This document shows, in pieces, positions 1 to 11,800 of a stretch of 64,000 nucleotides of DNA; position 1 is the first letter of the stretch, and every line of letters begins with the position of its first letter. The stretch is from the human T2T-CHM13v2.0 reference genome, Homo sapiens. Where the stretch lies: the NCBI RefSeq assembly GCF_009914755.1, contig NC_060928.1; one strand, 5' to 3'. Made by a program: the position numbers and the translations under genes. A model generated the notes under the pieces. That model made no database searches. It was not told the DNA's origin and saw only the letters and a program-made list of their open reading frames with translations.

Positions 1-1199
1 ATATCCCATAAATTCAGTTTCAACGTTTCTTGATCTTTCAGGAACTCAAACTGTTCCTGTTATTTTCCAAAAATAAAAATTTCAACAAGTAGGATTAAAA
101 AAAATAGCCTCCACCTAAATATGAATGAAGGTGCTATATATAGACCACATATTCATCAGGCATTCAATAATCACTTACTTTAAGTAAAACAAATTCTAGT
201 GGTAATGATAGGGAAAATTATGCCTTCTATGATAAAAATATGATGCCATTTTATGACGCAAATTTTTCCAGAATTGGCAATGTTCTTTTTTTACTTTTAT
301 TTTTTAACACTTTCCTTACTCTTTTACCTCATTTCAACTTATTGGCAGTAGTCTTGGACAGTGAAAGGTTTAATACCTATGCCGGAATCAACCTGAACTT
401 TGTGTTAGGCTAAGGATTGATTCTCATCTCACACATATACATTCCTTCCTTTCCTTGTTGCAAAAATTAACTTCTGATTGCTTTTTCTCAATCATGTGAG
501 AAACAGGCTGGGATGGAGAATTATGTTTATTTGCCTCACAACCAACATTTGTAAAGTCATTAAACAATGACAGTACCGTAATGTTATGCAGTTTAAAAAT
601 AAAAAGAAAACAAACTGAAAAACTGGTATTTGTGGGTCTCTTACTGACTTTTATAAAGAAGTTGAGAATTAATCATTTTAAAAAATGAATGTATCAAATG
701 TGTTCTGTGAGTTTTTTTTTAAAGGCTATTTATGCAAATAAATGTTACCTTAGCCTAAACATCTACTGCTTCTCTAGCTGTTATGTAAAGCTAAACTCAT
801 TTATATTGCATAGACTTTTTTTAAACCAAAGTATTAAACTAAACTAGGTCCTTTATCTGCTATTTTTAAAAAATCAAAAAATGTCCAGAGTAAAAAGAAG
901 ATAATTTCACAGACTCTCTATGAGAAATATTTCCCTTTAAAGGCTGCATTATAGAGGCAAAGAGAAACTGGGAAGCAAGCAACGGTCTCCTGACTTCATT
1001 TGTGTTCACCATTTGAAAAATGCAAACGAAATAGAATCTGGTTTTTCTTTAACAGCAAAACTTTGAAGCCTGAGATATCTAGATATCAACATTTTGCTTT
1101 GCTTTACATGCAAGCCTAGACTGAAACACAGTAAGAATTTATCTTTCTCCTTTCCTCCACAAGTAATCTTCTCAAAAGAAAAATCCAAAGGATTCTCTT

Positions 1200-1615
1200 T
1201 GCTGCCCTTTCAATCTTACAGTCTTGACAACCTGGCTTCCACCCCTACCACTCCCTTCAACTGTCCTCATTAATGTTACCAAGGGCCACCTAATTGCTAA
1301 ACCTTGTGAAGACCTTTCAGTCCTCATCCTACTTCCATATGCAGACCCTTTTCCCTGTCACTCATCCCTCAAGATGCACAAGGATGACCTCTCCCAGGAA
1401 GCCTTACCAACCCACATCCCAGCTAGTGGGTGACCTTGGGCATCTTATCCTCCATGCTCCAGGAGCACCTTTGCATGTTCTATGAGGGCATTTACTATGC
1501 AGCAAGATACCCACTTGTTTGTCTCCCTCTCTGACTGTGAGCAATGCAAGTGCAGAGAGTTTTAACCTTATTTATCTTTCTACCCACATTGCCTACCCAG
1601 TGTCTAGACTTGGCT
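1200..1615 (+). mobile_element. L2 LINE fragments (RT-coding remnant plus 3' end)
   Basis: ORF 1224-1433 contains STVLINVTKGHLIAK...SVLILL, matching the L2 RT motif STETALxKVTNDLxxAK...SVLILLDL. 1380-1615 resembles the L2 3' end (tcccaggaagcctt...gactgtgagc...). Confidence 0.75.
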
Positions 1616-1969
1616 GGCAAGTGATGCCATTTTTTCAATTTCAGGAAGTAAAGCAGAAAGCCCTGGCATAGTAGTTATTCTTCATGGCATTAAAATAGAA
1701 TTTTTTGCCTAATTTCTTTCAAGGCACACTTCAGCAGTTTTCATCCATACATTCCTCATCCCAAGCAAAGAGGATTCTATTTCAAAACACGGTGTCATCA
1801 AACATCCCAAAGCTTCTTTTGTACCTGAAATGGAGTCTGAGCAGAAGTAGGTAGCAGGGGAGAAGGAGGACAGCAGAAACCTACAAAATTTCTGAAATAA
1901 ATCCATGTTTCCTGCCTCTTTCCCCTTCTCTATGAATTTTCTTCTCTTTCAAAAGCACTGACACCTCCT

Positions 1970-2530
1970 AGCCATCTAATCAAGACAAATCTTTCATGCG
2001 GTAATTAACATACAGCTCATCTTCAGAGGGAACAGCAAAACAAAGGCTGAAACAATTAGCTGACTGTGCCAAACAGCATGGTTCGCCCCCTCCGGCCCAC
2101 ACCTCTCCCTCTCTTCCCCGTTCTTTCAATTGCTTGCTTTTAAGTACTGTTTTTTCACAGGAAGAAAAACTTCATTCCTGCTGAAAGGTAAGAAACTGAA
2201 TAGATACTTAGACTAGGAAATAGCTTAATTGAATTTCATATGAAAAAATGCTTAGGACTGTTTAAGACAAACGTTGGGTTCCCCGCTCAGCTGGAATTGC
2301 ATTAGATGAGAAAGGGATTCAGAGATACTCGCTAATCTGTTACCGTCAGGTTAGAACAGAATATTGCAATTAGCATGCAAAAGGACACAGGCCGGCAATA
2401 CAGGGAAAGAGAAGTCTTTCCAGAATGAAGACTGCAGAGTAGAGAGGTAAATTGTATGAGTAATAACTCAGAAGGTAGAAAATGAACTTGCACCTCATAA
2501 GGCTGTGTGTGCCTTGATTACATTAGCACT
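1970..2530. promoter_or_regulatory. Putative enhancer-like unique sequence rich in homeodomain/POU motifs
   Basis: No recognisable repeat. TAATCA 1977, TAATTA 2002, CAATTA 2053, TAATTG 2226, TAATCT 2333, ATTAGCATGCAAAA 2369-2382, and several retained CpGs. Function is inferred only. Confidence 0.3.
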
Positions 2531-4061
2531 ACTTGCAATATTAAGCAGTATATTCATTTTTATTGTATTAGTTTTTGAATAGTCTGTAAAAGGCCAGTGT
2601 TTTATTTAGCTCCCTGAGCCACCTGTCTTTCCTACAACATCCCCTACCAGCACATTCAAGCATTAGCGTTCAGGATTTCTAAAATATTGTAGCCATTGAT
2701 GGCTGCCAGCAGTCAAATTAAATTCAAAGGGTTTAGTATAGCTTCAGGTTTTAGCTATATAATTTACTAAGAATGCCCAAAGCACTTGCAATCTAATTTG
2801 CAGTTCAGCAATGAATACCATTTCCTAACAAAATATGCCTGAAATTTCCTTTTAAGGCTCTAGAAAAAATACACTTGTGACACCTGTGTGCCTTCCTTCT
2901 GGCACTGACTCCAAAAAAAAAGAAAAAGAAAAAAAAGAAATCTACCAAAAAATGATCATATACCTCATGTAAGGTGCAAAAGAAAAGGAACCAAGAGAAT
3001 GAATTTGTTTTTACTGCTAGGTCATGTAGGCCAGTACAGGCACCATATGCTTCTTTTTAAAATTTAGATTATTTTTCTATTTCTTCCAAATCCAATATTA
3101 GTGCTGTATTTGTTACAGCATGAATAATCAGCATAGGCTTAACCAAAATCTTGGCTTTCTGAAAAACTACTAAATAAAAACCACTGTAGGAAACCCCAGA
3201 TTTGATCATTTCCATGTCCTTATGGAGGTAAACTTAGTCTATTTTCAGTAAGAAACAAGAGTGTCAATTTCTAATCCTAGTGTCAATTTCATTTCTAATA
3301 CTTACTCCCAAAGTACCATTGCTTACAGTGTCCTCATAGAAGGACATTTCACCCTTATAGATGGAAAATAAGGCCAAAAGTGACTGTTAAAAATCTACGG
3401 CTAACTTAGAGTATTGTTTGTCTTATGAAAAAATTGCCCTCTCTTACCTAGATTACTTTTACTTAGATTAAATAAGGCATGAGGAATGCTTGAAAAGTGT
3501 TTTGAGAACCTTCTGTGAAAGCTGAAAACATTAAATGTTATCTAACTTACTTTTAGATTTCATCTTCTCTCTTCCTGATACATAGGAATTCTGATCCCTA
3601 GCCATAAGGACAAAAGCAGCGAAGGGCAATGCAGCTAACAATTGCCAGGTAAAAGCTGAACTCTTACAAGCTTTCCTTATCACAGAGATGGTACTCACCA
3701 CTAAGGAGGCTACAGAAATCAAATCATCTGGCTGAATTAATTTAATTAATAAAAGGCATAATTTGGAAGCTCATTAGAGAAGTCAGAGATGCTAGCTATA
3801 TCCACACAGAGTTAATCACTCACCATCAAGCCAACTAAATGTAACTCTAGAAATCAAACCATTAAAGTATAAATTGGAAAGAGCCAAGTTCCTAATGATG
3901 TTAATGATCTAAATCTGGCTGTTGATCTTGCTCCTTTCATTTCCCACTCAATAAGCCCCTTTATACCTTATAATAAACTCTATAGTTTATAAAATTTAAA
4001 AATGCTAATGGGGCAGCATTATTAATGTTTTTAAAGCCTACCAAAATATCAGCCCTTGAAA

Positions 4062-4080
4062 GGAAAACTGAGTCATTTCC
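4062..4080. promoter_or_regulatory. NFAT:AP-1 composite motif (GGAAA-AC-TGAGTCA-TTTCC)
   Basis: Perfect AP-1 site TGAGTCA at 4069-4075, with GGAAA 2 bp upstream and an inverted GGAAA (TTTCC) directly downstream. Confidence 0.35.
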
Positions 4081-4549
4081 AAGACAAAGGGAGCAAAAGG
4101 CTCCAGCTGTCTCAGCACCTGCTCCCCCAGGTCACCTTCTATTCCCAAACCCTCTCCACGTACGCGGGCTTTCAAGGATGCTTCAGATGTCCAGAAGTAT
4201 GGCGGAAAATGAAACAAAAGTGAGTGCCACAATATTTTGATTTGTTTCTATCCCAGTGGAAGAAAATACATAACTAACCAATTCTGTAGAAATAAAAACG
4301 AATCTGCTTTTCAAGCATCACCTATCTCTTCACTCCCAACTGAACCACTCTCCACCCACTTCCACTTATAACAAGAAACCATATTTGTTTGTAGAGGAAC
4401 AGACAGAAAATTAATGTAGCCAGCCATTCACTTTCCAATTAATTTAGTGAAGCAGCAACTGAATAATCCAGTTCTATCAAGTCAGAACATGAAAATGTCA
4501 GCTGCATAGCACTTAGTAGAAATAAGAGGAGGAAGAAGAGAAGTAACTA

Positions 4550-4750
4550 GCATCTCTAAATACCTTCTATGGCAGGCATTTTGGTAGGCATGCACTCTTA
4601 CTTTCATCCTTACAAGACCCTCACAAGGATGGAATTATTATCTCTATTTTACATAAACTCTTTTTACATAGAAAATTTAAATGACTTCCCAAAGATCACA
4701 GAACAAATATGTAGCAATGCTGGGATGGAATCCAATGTCTCTCTGACTCC
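4550..4750 (-). mobile_element. MIR SINE
   Basis: Reverse MIR core: ttcatccttacaagaccc...attattatctctattttaca...aatgacttcccaaagatcaca...tctgactcc. Confidence 0.75.
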
Positions 4751-5590
4751 TCCAGTTAAACTGAAAATGAATAAATGACAAAAATTATGACACTTTATGA
4801 TAATTATAGATTATATGAGGGTCTATCCTTGCTAGTTTTAATAATTCTGTTTATTTTTGTTTTAACTTCTCTTTGCCATTATCTTATGATTAGCTAAGAT
4901 ATAGTCATTTACTTCTTAAGAAACAACTTAACCCATATTCATTCCTTCCCCCTTGCTTCATCTTCATCCTTTCCTTCCTTCACTAACAGATTTATATCTC
5001 CCAAAGATTCAGGCAAACAAGATGACAAAGACTGTGATTTAATGGGAATTAATGAATTGTGTTTAATTTAAAATTGATTCTGAATACAATTGTTTATTAC
5101 ATTTTATAGCTACTTCTCATATGCACTTCTGATTGGAATAACTTTACAGAGGATTAAGGTCCAATAAAATCCCACATGATGTACAGTGTATGTGTCAGAC
5201 ATCTAAAAATTCTTGCGAAAGCAATTACACTGAGTGCTATCTAATAATAAACCAAATGGACAGCTATGATACGAACTGCATTTCCTTACAACTCTACCCC
5301 CACCTGACTCTGCATTTCAATCTTTGCTAACTCTCGGCAAAAGAACAGATGTTCTGCTTTGGGTTGAGAAATCAACAGTTACCATTCATATGTTCCAGAA
5401 ATTCAAGGGCCTAGTGCTGCTGTTTTAAGGATGCTAATTAATTCTAGCCCTTATGCTCCAATGTTCTTGTGGTTTCAATCACTTGCAATCTCACAGGACC
5501 TCGGTCCCCACTATCTCCTTTGAAAGTCTATGGGGAAAAGCAGCTAGGAAATATACACTTCACTAACCTAGGGGGAGGAAAGAATTAATC

Positions 5591-5701
5591 TAATATGCTC
5601 TAATTTTGTATATTTCTTATATCATTATCATTGCTGTCCTCTCTGTTGTATTTATTTGAACAGGTAGGCACAGCCCCGCTGTCACATATAACTGAAACAA
5701 T
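5591..5701 (+). repeat. Local direct duplication, copy 1 (~110 bp)
   Basis: Aligns by eye to 6298-6407 at about 82% identity, with a 23-bp identical core atttgaacaggtaggcacagccc. Confidence 0.9.
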
Positions 5702-5849
5702 GCCTAGAGATGCCTTTTGGTCACATTTTTTCATTTATTTACCATTCAAACACAGACTCATTTTGGAAGCAGGATGGAAACAGCTATTTCTGAATTCATT
5801 CCTGTTTTTGTTCGTGTGTTTGTGTTTGGATCTAGTGTTGATTGTGCGT

Positions 5850-5990
5850 AACACTCAGCTAGGACCATGTTAAAAATGCAGGTTCCTGGGCTCAAAGCCT
5901 ACATACAAATTAGTAGATCTGTGAAGGTATTGGAGCATCTTCCGTTTTTTAAGAAATACCTTATTCTTAAGCAGATGGTTCAAGGACCTC
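5850..5990. mobile_element. MER5-like hAT-Charlie MITE fragment
   Basis: tgttaaaaatgcaggttcctgggc...catct...ttttaagaaatacc...ttctta pattern of MER5A/B. Confidence 0.5.
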
Positions 5991-6162
5991 AGGAAATGCA
6001 TGCATGCCCTTTAGCACAGATGTTAACAATCTGTATGGCCTTTGCCCAAGATGAGACAGCTTGAGCAAAAATGGCCCTGCAGGTCAAGTATGGTGTAAAG
6101 ATCCCATTCCACTTACATTAATAAACCTTGCTCGGCTCCCCAGCCAGACAGACATCCTTCAC

Positions 6163-6290
6163 ACCAGAGTTTCCATGGTCACCTGAAGTTTAAATCACCT
6201 GGGGCGATGATAATCACTGGGACAGGGCCCAGGGATTTGTTTGTTTAACAAGAACCCCAGGTGACTCTTATGCATTGACCTAGGGTGGAA
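6163..6290. mobile_element. MER5A-like hAT-Charlie MITE
   Basis: aatcacctgggg...ggcccaggga...tttaacaag...ccccaggtgactcttatgca. Confidence 0.6.
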
Positions 6291-6297
6291 AATAATT

Positions 6298-6407
6298 TAA
6301 TATGTGCTGACTTTATATATTTCTCATAGCATTATATTGCTTCCCTATCTGTAGCATTGATTTGAACAGGTAGGCACAGCCCAGCTGACAAATATAATTG
6401 ATATAAT
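6298..6407 (+). repeat. Local direct duplication, copy 2
   Basis: See 5591-5701; offset 706-707 bp. Confidence 0.9.
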
Positions 6408-6469
6408 TGAGATAGCAGTTTGATGAGCCGTTAGGTACCACCAAAGCAGGTATACCCAGTGAAAGAACA

Positions 6470-6635
6470 TCAGCTGGAGAGTCAGCCAGACCTGGGCTGG
6501 AATCCAATATTTTTCACTTATAACTGTATGATTTAACCAAGTTCCTTAACTTTGAGCAAGTTTCTTAATCCCTCTGAGCTTTATTTCTCTCATCTTTAAA
6601 TTTGGAATGGTATTACCCTTCAAAACATTGTGAGA
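6470..6635 (+). mobile_element. MIR SINE (5' part, split by L1; resumes at ~8895-8950)
   Basis: agacctgggctggaatcc...gagcaagtttcttaatccctctgagc...tctcatctttaaa...ttgtgaga, continuing after the L1 as gttgtgagaattaaat. Confidence 0.75.
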
Positions 6636-8890
6636 TGTCCACAACTAACATCTTACTGAATGGGGAAAAGCTGAGAGCTTTTACTCTAAGAACTGGAACA
6701 AGACAAGGATTTCCACTTTCATGTGACATTCTTATTCAACATAATACTGGAAGTGCTAGCCAGAGCAATTAGGAAAAGGAAGAAATAAAGAGCATGCAAA
6801 TTGGAAAGAAGGAAGTCAGATTATCCCTGTTTACAGATGACATGATGTTATACATAGAAAAACTCTACAAAAAATGCTTAGAACTGATCAATGAATTCGG
6901 TAAAGTTGCAGGATACAAAATTAATATAAAAAAGTAACATTTTTACACACTGCTATAAAATAGCCAAAAAGAAATCAAGAAGGCAATTATATTTACAACA
7001 GATACAGAAAAAATTACCAGGAATAAATTTAACCAAAAAGGTGAAAGACCTCTACAAGCAAAATTATAAAACGCTGATAGAAGAAATTGAAGAGGATACA
7101 ACCAAATGGAAAAACATCCCATGATCATAGGTTGAAAGAATTAACCTTGTTAAAATGACAATACTACCCAAAGCAATCTACAGATTCAATGTAACCCCTA
7201 TCAAATTACCAATGACATTCTTTACAGAAATGTTTTTTTAAAATTCTAAAATTTGTATGGAACCATGAAAGACCTCAAATACCAAAGCAATCCTGAGCAA
7301 AAAGAACAAAGCTGGAGGTATCATACCACCAGACCTCAAAATGTGTAACAAAGCTTTAGTAACCAAAACAGCATAGTACTGGCATAAAAACAGACATATA
7401 AACCAATGGAGACTGGAGAACCCAAAAATTAATCCAAATATCTATAGCCAATTGATTTTTGACAAAGGTACCAAGAACATTCATTTGGGAAAGAACTGTC
7501 TCTCTTCAATAAGTGGTGCTAAGAAAACTCCATATGCAGATGAATGAAACTGGACCCCTATCTCTCACCCTATACAAAAATCAACTCAAAATGGATCAAA
7601 GACCTAAATGTAAGACCTGAAATGATAAAACTACCAGAAGAAGAAAAAGGGGAAATGCTTCAGAACATTGATCTGAGAAAAGATTTTATGACTAAGACCT
7701 CAAAGGCATAGTCAACAAAAGCAAAAATAAACAAATGGTATTATATCAAACTAGACTCTGCACAGCAAAGGAAACAATCAACACAATGAAAAGACAACCT
7801 ACAGAATTGAAGATAATATTTGCAAACTACTCATCTGACAAGGAATTAATATCTAGAGTATACAAGGAACTGAAACATCTCAACAGCAAGAAGTAAAACA
7901 ATCTGATTTAAAAATGGGAAAATGATCTGAATGGACATTTTTAAAAAGAAGACATACAAGTGGCCAACAAATATATGAAAAAATGTTCAACATCAATAAT
8001 CATCAGAGAACTCCAAACCAAAACCACAATAAGATGTCATTTCACTCTAATCAGGATGACTATTATCAAAAATACAAAAAATAACAAATACAGGTGAGGA
8101 TATGGAGAAAAGGAAACTCTTACACACTTTTGATAGGAATGCAAATTAGTACAGCCACTATGGGGAACAGTATGGAGGTCCCTCAAAAAATACAAGTAGA
8201 ACTACCATATGATCCAGGAATCTTACTACTGGGCATTTATCCAAAGGAAAGAAAATCAGTATTTCAGAGAGGCATCTGCACCCCCATGTTTATTTTAGCA
8301 TTATTTACAATAGTCAAGATATAGCATCCTACAACAGATGAATGAATTTTAAAATGTGGTATATAAACACCATGGAATACTATTTACCCAAAAAAGGAAT
8401 GAAATCCTGTCATTTGCAGCAACATGGATGGAACTAGAGGACATCATGTTAAGTAAAATAAGTCAGGCACAGAAAGTTAGACACCACATGTTCTCACTCA
8501 TGTGGAAGTTTCAAAAAGTTGATCTCATAGAAGTAAAAGGTAGTATAGAGGATACTAAAACCTGGGGAGGGGAAAAGGGAGGAGGCCATAGGGAGAGATT
8601 TGTAAAAGGATACAAAATTACAGCTAGATGGGAGGAATAATTTCCAGTGTTCTACATCACTGACCGGTGACTTAACAAAATATATTACATAGTTTCAAAT
8701 AGCTCAGAGGAGGATATTGAATATTCCCAACAGAAAGAAATGATAAATGTTTGAGATAATGGGTACGCTAATCACCCTAATCTGATCACTATATATTGTA
8801 TGCATTGAAACATCATTATGTATCCCATGAATATGTACAATTATTATTTGCCAACTTTAAAAATGAAATTAAAAAAGAACACTTAACATA
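6636..8890 (+). mobile_element. 5'-truncated L1, L1MA3-like (ORF2 3' half plus 3'UTR)
   Basis: Decayed ORF2 peptides ([35 protein letters not shown]), an L1MA-type 3'UTR and A-rich end. Degenerate TSD aaaacattgtgaga 6622-6635 / aaaaagttgtgaga 8891-8904. Confidence 0.92.
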
Positions 8891-9169
8891 AAAAAGTTGT
8901 GAGAATTAAATATAATAATATATGTCAAAATATGTGGCTTAGAGTAGGGGTGTGAAAACAATAGGAGTGAGGGGCTTCCTATTTGTGTTTTGCCTACTGT
9001 CCAAGGAACAGAGCCTGTGACTTCTTCCACCAACTCTTTACATCAGTTAATATGCAAGGATCTTTTGGTTTTTTTGCTGAAGGAGAATAAGGAGTGTTCA
9101 TTTTTTTTTTTGCGTTAGGAAAGTATGAGAGAGGTTTGGGAGAGAGGAGGGAAAAATAAAGAAAATAGG

Positions 9170-9910
9170 TGTTATGGACTGAAGGTTTCCATCCTCCCAA
9201 AATTCTTATGTTGAAATCCTGACCCTCTATGTAATGGTTTTTGGAGGTGGGGCCTTTGGGAAGTAATTATGTCATGAGAGGAGCCCTCACAAATGGGACT
9301 AGTGCCTTTATAAGAAGAAGCCAGAGAAGAGAGCACACTCTTTCTGTCATGTGAGCATATAAAGAGTCAGCTGTCTGCAGCCTAGAAGAGGGCCCTCACC
9401 AGAACTCTGCCATGCTGCCACACCAATCTTGGACTTCCAGCCTTCAGAACTGTCAGAAAAAAATGTTTGTTGTTTAAGGCACCCAAACTGCAATAATTTG
9501 TCATAGCAGTCCTGTATTAGTCCATTTTCACACTGCTATAAAGAACTGCCTGAGACTGGGTAATTTATAAAGGAAAAAGGCTTACTCAACTCACAGTTCT
9601 GCATGGCTGGGGAGGCCTCAGGAAACTTACAATCATGGCGGAAGGTGAAGGGTAAGCAAGGCACCTTCTTCACAAGGGAGCAGGAAGGAGAATGAACACA
9701 GGAGGAACTACCAAACACTTAGAAAACCATCAGATCTCATGACAACTCACTCCCTATCATGAGAACAGCACGGGGGAAACTGCCCCCAAGATTCAATTAC
9801 CTCCACCTGGTCTCTCCCTTGATATGTGGGGATTATGGGGATTACAATTCAAGATGAGATTTTGGGTGGGGACACAGCCAAACCATATCAAGCCCCACAT
9901 GACTAAGACA
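9170..9910 (+). mobile_element. MLT1A-type MaLR solo LTR (interrupted by THE1)
   Basis: Starts tgttatggactgaa, contains ttggacttccagccttcagaactgt, ends gactaagaca. Confidence 0.85.
9513..9890 (-). mobile_element. THE1C/THE1D MaLR solo LTR
   Basis: tgtattagtccattttcac...cagccaaaccatatca; 5-bp TSD AGTCC 9508-9512 / AGCCC 9891-9895. Confidence 0.9.
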
Positions 9911-10879
9911 AGATGATATAATGGTACCCATCTCTTCCCTGCCATTTGAATTCATATTGTATCCCAAAACAGGGAGGAATTAGGGCCAGCATCTGCAGGA
10001 TCTGTTTTCTAAAGAGACTTTTTGAGACTGTGTACCCAAGTAGTGGTTTTAGGGCCCAAGTAAGAAAGCGAGGCAAAGAAACAGGGAGTGAGCCACTCTC
10101 TGTTTCTGTGTGGAACCCATTGTCAATGAGAAATCTAAAGATGGGCATCACTGGAAGAATCATGAGATGGAATTTCAAATAAATACCAGTGGCCTCATGC
10201 TGCCACCATTAGAAATGGCAATGGAAAGACACTCAAATGTCTTTGGGGACTGGGGTAAAAGGAGGTCACCACAGAAAGGAAGGAACATAGTTTAACGCTA
10301 CTTAATTTTTAAAACTGAAAATTGAGTTGTCAGCACATGCCAGCCATCACTGGGAACCCCCCCACCTGCAGAGGTCTTTGCGGGAAAGCTCAATACCCTG
10401 CAGGAGCAGATCAGGGACAGGGGCAAGGACTGAGTTCTTGATTTCACCATGCCTTGCTTTGCATCCACTGATGGGCGAGTATTCACAGTAACAATTTTCA
10501 TTATAAATGCCTGTTATTGGTCCCAGGTGAAACCAACCAAGCAAGAACAACAACAACAAAAAATGCCTTTTATTTGCCGGAATGACATGTCATAACAAAA
10601 ACTCGAATGATGGTAACTATCATTTCTACATGGGCTTAGTTGTCTCTGACCTCAAGCAAACTATTTTAACTTATATATGATACAGTCTCCTCATCTGTGA
10701 AATAGCCTAGTTGGCAGAGGCTGTCAAGGCTTGATATATGAAGATCAAAACAGCTCAAGATGATATAGAGAGATCATACAAAAGAGTCAAGAAATTAAGG
10801 GTTTGGTCTATATCTTATGGTCAAATAGGGCAGCCATCTGTGAATTATATTGTATTCAGATAGATGGTACCAACAGTAA

Positions 10880-10975
10880 AGAAACCTGGGTTGCTCTGCC
10901 AATAACAAGCTGAGTGACCTTGAGTAAGTCCTCTAAACTCTGTAAGTCTCTCTCTTTGTTCCTCTGTAAAGGGAA
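10880..10975 (+). mobile_element. MIR fragment
   Basis: acctggg...ctctgcc...agctgagtgaccttgagtaagtc...ctctgtaaa. Confidence 0.6.
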
Positions 10976-11384
10976 GAAGTGTGTAAAGTCTATTTCATTC
11001 CTAGGGTTTCAGGTAGAAGATGTCAGGTCTTGAGAAGAGCAACTAAAAATATGACCCCCTTGTGATGCCAAGGGAGTTACATCACCCAGTACTTACAAGA
11101 ATCCAAATGTTGACTGAGATCTGTAAGCAAAAAGAAACACTGAAAAGCCTTGTCAGGCATTTTGTAGTCATCTGGTAATACAGTCTTGAATGTGTCTATC
11201 TTGAGAATACCCAGATATTTATACCATGTTTGGTATTTCACTTAATGAGATGCAGTGAGGTCCCTTTCAGGCATTAGAGCCACAGTGAAGAATAGAGGAA
11301 CAGGACAGCCTGTCTTGACAGAGTGAACAACACACTGTTGTCGCCAGCTTGTTGATGACATTGATCATTTGAGTTCAACCCGCT

Positions 11385-11800
11385 ATGTTCATTTATTTGT
11401 TCATCAACAAATATTTACTGTGCAACTTTCCTAAGCAAGAGACTATGCAAAGACTTAGGAAATTCAAAGGTATCACCCCTGCCTTCTCTGAATGTGAAAT
11501 CTAATTTGAAGAGATAACTATCCATGCAATTACAAAACAAGATATTGTATGACACGAGTCACATGACTTGAGGCAATAAATGCCATTAATCCAGTGGATT
11601 TTAAATTTATTCAATGTCTTTTTCAGCAGAGTAAGATATTAATTCTAGATGGAGTTCTCCAAGGTTTTTCCAGTGAAAGTGGAATTTGTATTGGCATATA
11701 ATGGATGAATATAAAGGAAGAAATGAACTGGAGGGTGTTTACTCTAGGGAGGAAAAATTAGCACAAACAAAGGCACTAAGCTGAGAAATCTCAAAGCAAT
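11385..11800 (-). mobile_element. L2 3' fragment
   Basis: ttcatttatttgttcatcaacaaatatttactg (reverse L2 tail) followed by degenerate L2 sequence. Confidence 0.6.

Noticed and set aside
4025-4240. Plus-strand first exon ending MAENETK|gtgagt
   Set aside because: A donor hexamer is present at 4220-4225, but its exonic context is weak (AAA|GT) and there is no CpG-island promoter or recognisable peptide. Kept only as an alternative to the minus-strand exon idea.
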